Below, in pieces: positions 62,497 through 64,000 of a stretch of DNA of 64,000 nucleotides. The notes beneath the pieces are model-generated. The model was not told the origin of the DNA and made no database searches. It saw only the letters and a program-made list of their open reading frames with translations. Made by a program: the position numbers and the translations under genes. The stretch's first letter is position 1. Each line of letters starts with the position of its first letter. This DNA comes from Candidatus Saccharimonadales bacterium (GTDB lineage Bacteria > Patescibacteriota > Saccharimonadia > Saccharimonadales > JAGPDM01). The stretch spans positions 19,452 through 83,451 of the forward strand of contig JBGAVT010000002.1 in assembly GCA_044227985.1 (NCBI GenBank). Reading direction: 5' to 3'.

Positions 62497-62945
62497 TTCG
62501 CAATAGCTTCGAAATGATCGAAGGCGAACTGTGATTTATCCGGTAAATTATTGATATGGAACCAATCGATCTCACTTGACTCGTCATCAGGCGTACCAAT
62601 TTGCTTGTTAGCAACGGCGGAATATAGAAAATTTATGTTTTGCCGATCTTCGCCAGGACGGTCGGGGTTGTCGTTAAATTTGATAAAAACGATGCTGAAT
62701 AAATCATAGCCGGTCTCTTCATAGACTTCACGAGCTGCCGTTTGAGCAGTTGTTTCGTCCCGATCCATATAGCCACCTGGTAAGCACCATTTACCAGCTT
62801 CAAGCTGTTCTGCCGCACGTTTTGCTAGCAAAATTTGTGTCTTGTCTGTATTAAGGACAATTGTATCTACCGTAACGTGACGAAGGCTTGCCTTACTACC
62901 ATTTTCAAAGTTACAGCTAATCATTTTGTTTGTATTTGTCGACAA
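62487..62945 (-). CDS. NUDIX hydrolase
   Basis: Nudix box GKWCLPGGYMDRDETTAQTAAREVYEETG. Confidence 0.8.
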   Translation of the reverse strand: MSTNTNKMISCNFENGSKASLRHVTVDTIVLNTDKTQILLAKRAAEQLEAGKWCLPGGYMDRDETTAQTAAREVYEETGYDLFSIVFIKFNDNPDRPGEDRQNINFLYSAVANKQIGTPDDESSEIDWFHINNLPDKSQFAFDHFEAIANYL

Positions 62946-64000
62946 TCATTCTAGTTTTTCTGGCTGCTAGTCCGATGTAGTGTGTTTCTGGTTCGATAAT
63001 CTTTAGGCGATCTTGTTCGGAGATTTTATCCCAGTATTTTTGCATGATTTCTTCATCTTTTTGAACTGCTTCACCAAAAGTGATTCCAGCGTCGAGTGCA
63101 GCATGGGCAATCTCTTTGGCCTTTTCGTGACCTGCAGTATGGCCAAGTTTACCTATAATTAAATAGAGGGGCTCAGCACCAATTGCACCACCGCTTAAAT
63201 TCAAATTACGTTTCATCGATTCTTCATCTACTTCAATCTTGCTCATAGTTTTGTTTAATCTCTTTGCCATTTCAGCTACGCAGCCGAGCAAGACAGGGTA
63301 GAAACGAGCAGAGGCAGAATCTGTTAAATCGCGCTGGTGTTCACTTATTAAGTTTTGCTGCACAACAAGCTGTTGGGCAATAACTTGCTTATACAGTGCA
63401 TTCACATTTTCAAAATTAATCGGATTTCGTTTATGCGCCATGGTCGAGCTACCAGTTTGGCCTTTTTCAAAGCTTTCTCGTAGTTCGGCAATTTCGCTAC
63501 GCTGCAAATGACGCATGTCGTGCGCGAGGTTGCTCATGGCTCCCGCGGCAATTACAGTCTCATCAAATAATCGAGCCAACGATTCTGGTGGTACAATCTG
63601 CGTCGAGTGCTCAGCAGTTTTAATTTTCAATTTATCTAGAACTATTTTTTCGAATTCTATTGGGTCGTCGACGAAAAGCCCAGAAGCATTGTAAGCACCT
63701 ACAGCACCAGAGAATTTACCTTGCAAATGTTCCGCCAAGTCTTTGATACCCGCTATGCTACCACCTAGTCGACTAATGTATTCGGCGATGGCGAAACCGA
63801 AAGTTATCGGAACTCCATGCTGACCGTGGGTTCGACCAATTTGAACAGTATCGGCATATTTATCGGCAAGTTCTATCAATGTATTCATTAGGTTTTGTAG
63901 GCGAGGCAATATGACATTCTCAACAGCTGCTTTGTATTGGACGGCGCTAGCAGTGCTAACAATGTCATAACTAGTTGCTGTCATGTGAACATAAGGTTTC
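62917..64000 (-). CDS. purB: adenylosuccinate lyase, 5' end outside the window
   Basis: GRTHGQHGVPITFG and the signature GSSTMAHKRNPINFEN are present. The frame stays open upstream of the track's ATG (KPYVHMTATSYDIVSTA matches the conserved HxGxTSxD block), so the gene runs off the window edge. Confidence 0.85.
   Translation of the reverse strand, partial: KPYVHMTATSYDIVSTASAVQYKAAVENVILPRLQNLMNTLIELADKYADTVQIGRTHGQHGVPITFGFAIAEYISRLGGSIAGIKDLAEHLQGKFSGAVGAYNASGLFVDDPIEFEKIVLDKLKIKTAEHSTQIVPPESLARLFDETVIAAGAMSNLAHDMRHLQRSEIAELRESFEKGQTGSSTMAHKRNPINFENVNALYKQVIAQQLVVQQNLISEHQRDLTDSASARFYPVLLGCVAEMAKRLNKTMSKIEVDEESMKRNLNLSGGAIGAEPLYLIIGKLGHTAGHEKAKEIAHAALDAGITFGEAVQKDEEIMQKYWDKISEQDRLKIIEPETHYIGLAARKTRMIVDKYKQND

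Noticed and set aside
1-64000. Alternative genetic code (UGA recoding, as in some CPR lineages).
   Set aside because: Conserved genes are full length under the standard code. Several end at TGA (tmk-thyX, dnaB, OFOR alpha). The rpsD break also includes TAG stops, so recoding does not rescue it.
1-64000. CRISPR arrays, integrases, transposases, reverse transcriptases and toxin-antitoxin pairs.
   Set aside because: No regularly spaced direct repeats were seen in any intergenic region. No ORF shows the corresponding catalytic motifs.

Overview
The window reads as a compact, AT-rich (about 40% G+C by hand counts) bacterial chromosome segment using the standard genetic code. TGA is used as a stop codon, for example at the ends of tmk-thyX, dnaB and the OFOR alpha gene. 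The gene content suggests a small-genome lineage such as Patescibacteria/CPR (possibly Saccharibacteria), but that placement is inference only. The backbone consists of (i) the alpha ribosomal operon infA-rpmJ-rpsM-rpsK-rpsD-rpoA-rplQ, running directly into rplM-rpsI, and (ii) the conserved tRNA-Thr/Tyr/Thr - rpmG - tRNA-Trp - secE - nusG - rplK - rplA - rplJ - rplL supercluster. The supercluster is colinear, but almost every junction carries inserted cargo: a PadR operon, a csoR-copA copper module, an orphan histidine kinase, an orphan 745-aa tail-anchored protein, a dTMP module with a Tmk-ThyX fusion, and a leuA-flavodoxin-OFOR-ridA-ilvA island. The right third holds dnaX-dnaB-ybaB-recR, cysS, mgtE, a solitary pilB, pabB and purB. 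There are five tRNAs and no rRNA, CRISPR array, integrase or transposase. The items most worth a second look are listed below.
- An apparent leader-peptide transcription attenuator lies upstream of leuA.
- An orphan 745-aa gene follows a 433-nt very AT-rich spacer between nusG and rplK.
- The Tmk plus tandem-ThyX fusion.
- The threonine/2-oxoacid island.
- An internally deleted, frame-broken rpsD.
- Recurrent +1 frame offsets occur at rpsD, copA and secE.
- Candidate r-protein leaders sit in front of rplJ and rplA.
- L1 carries an N-terminal extension of about 115 aa.
All functional calls come from reading the translated ORFs and motifs. No database search was run.
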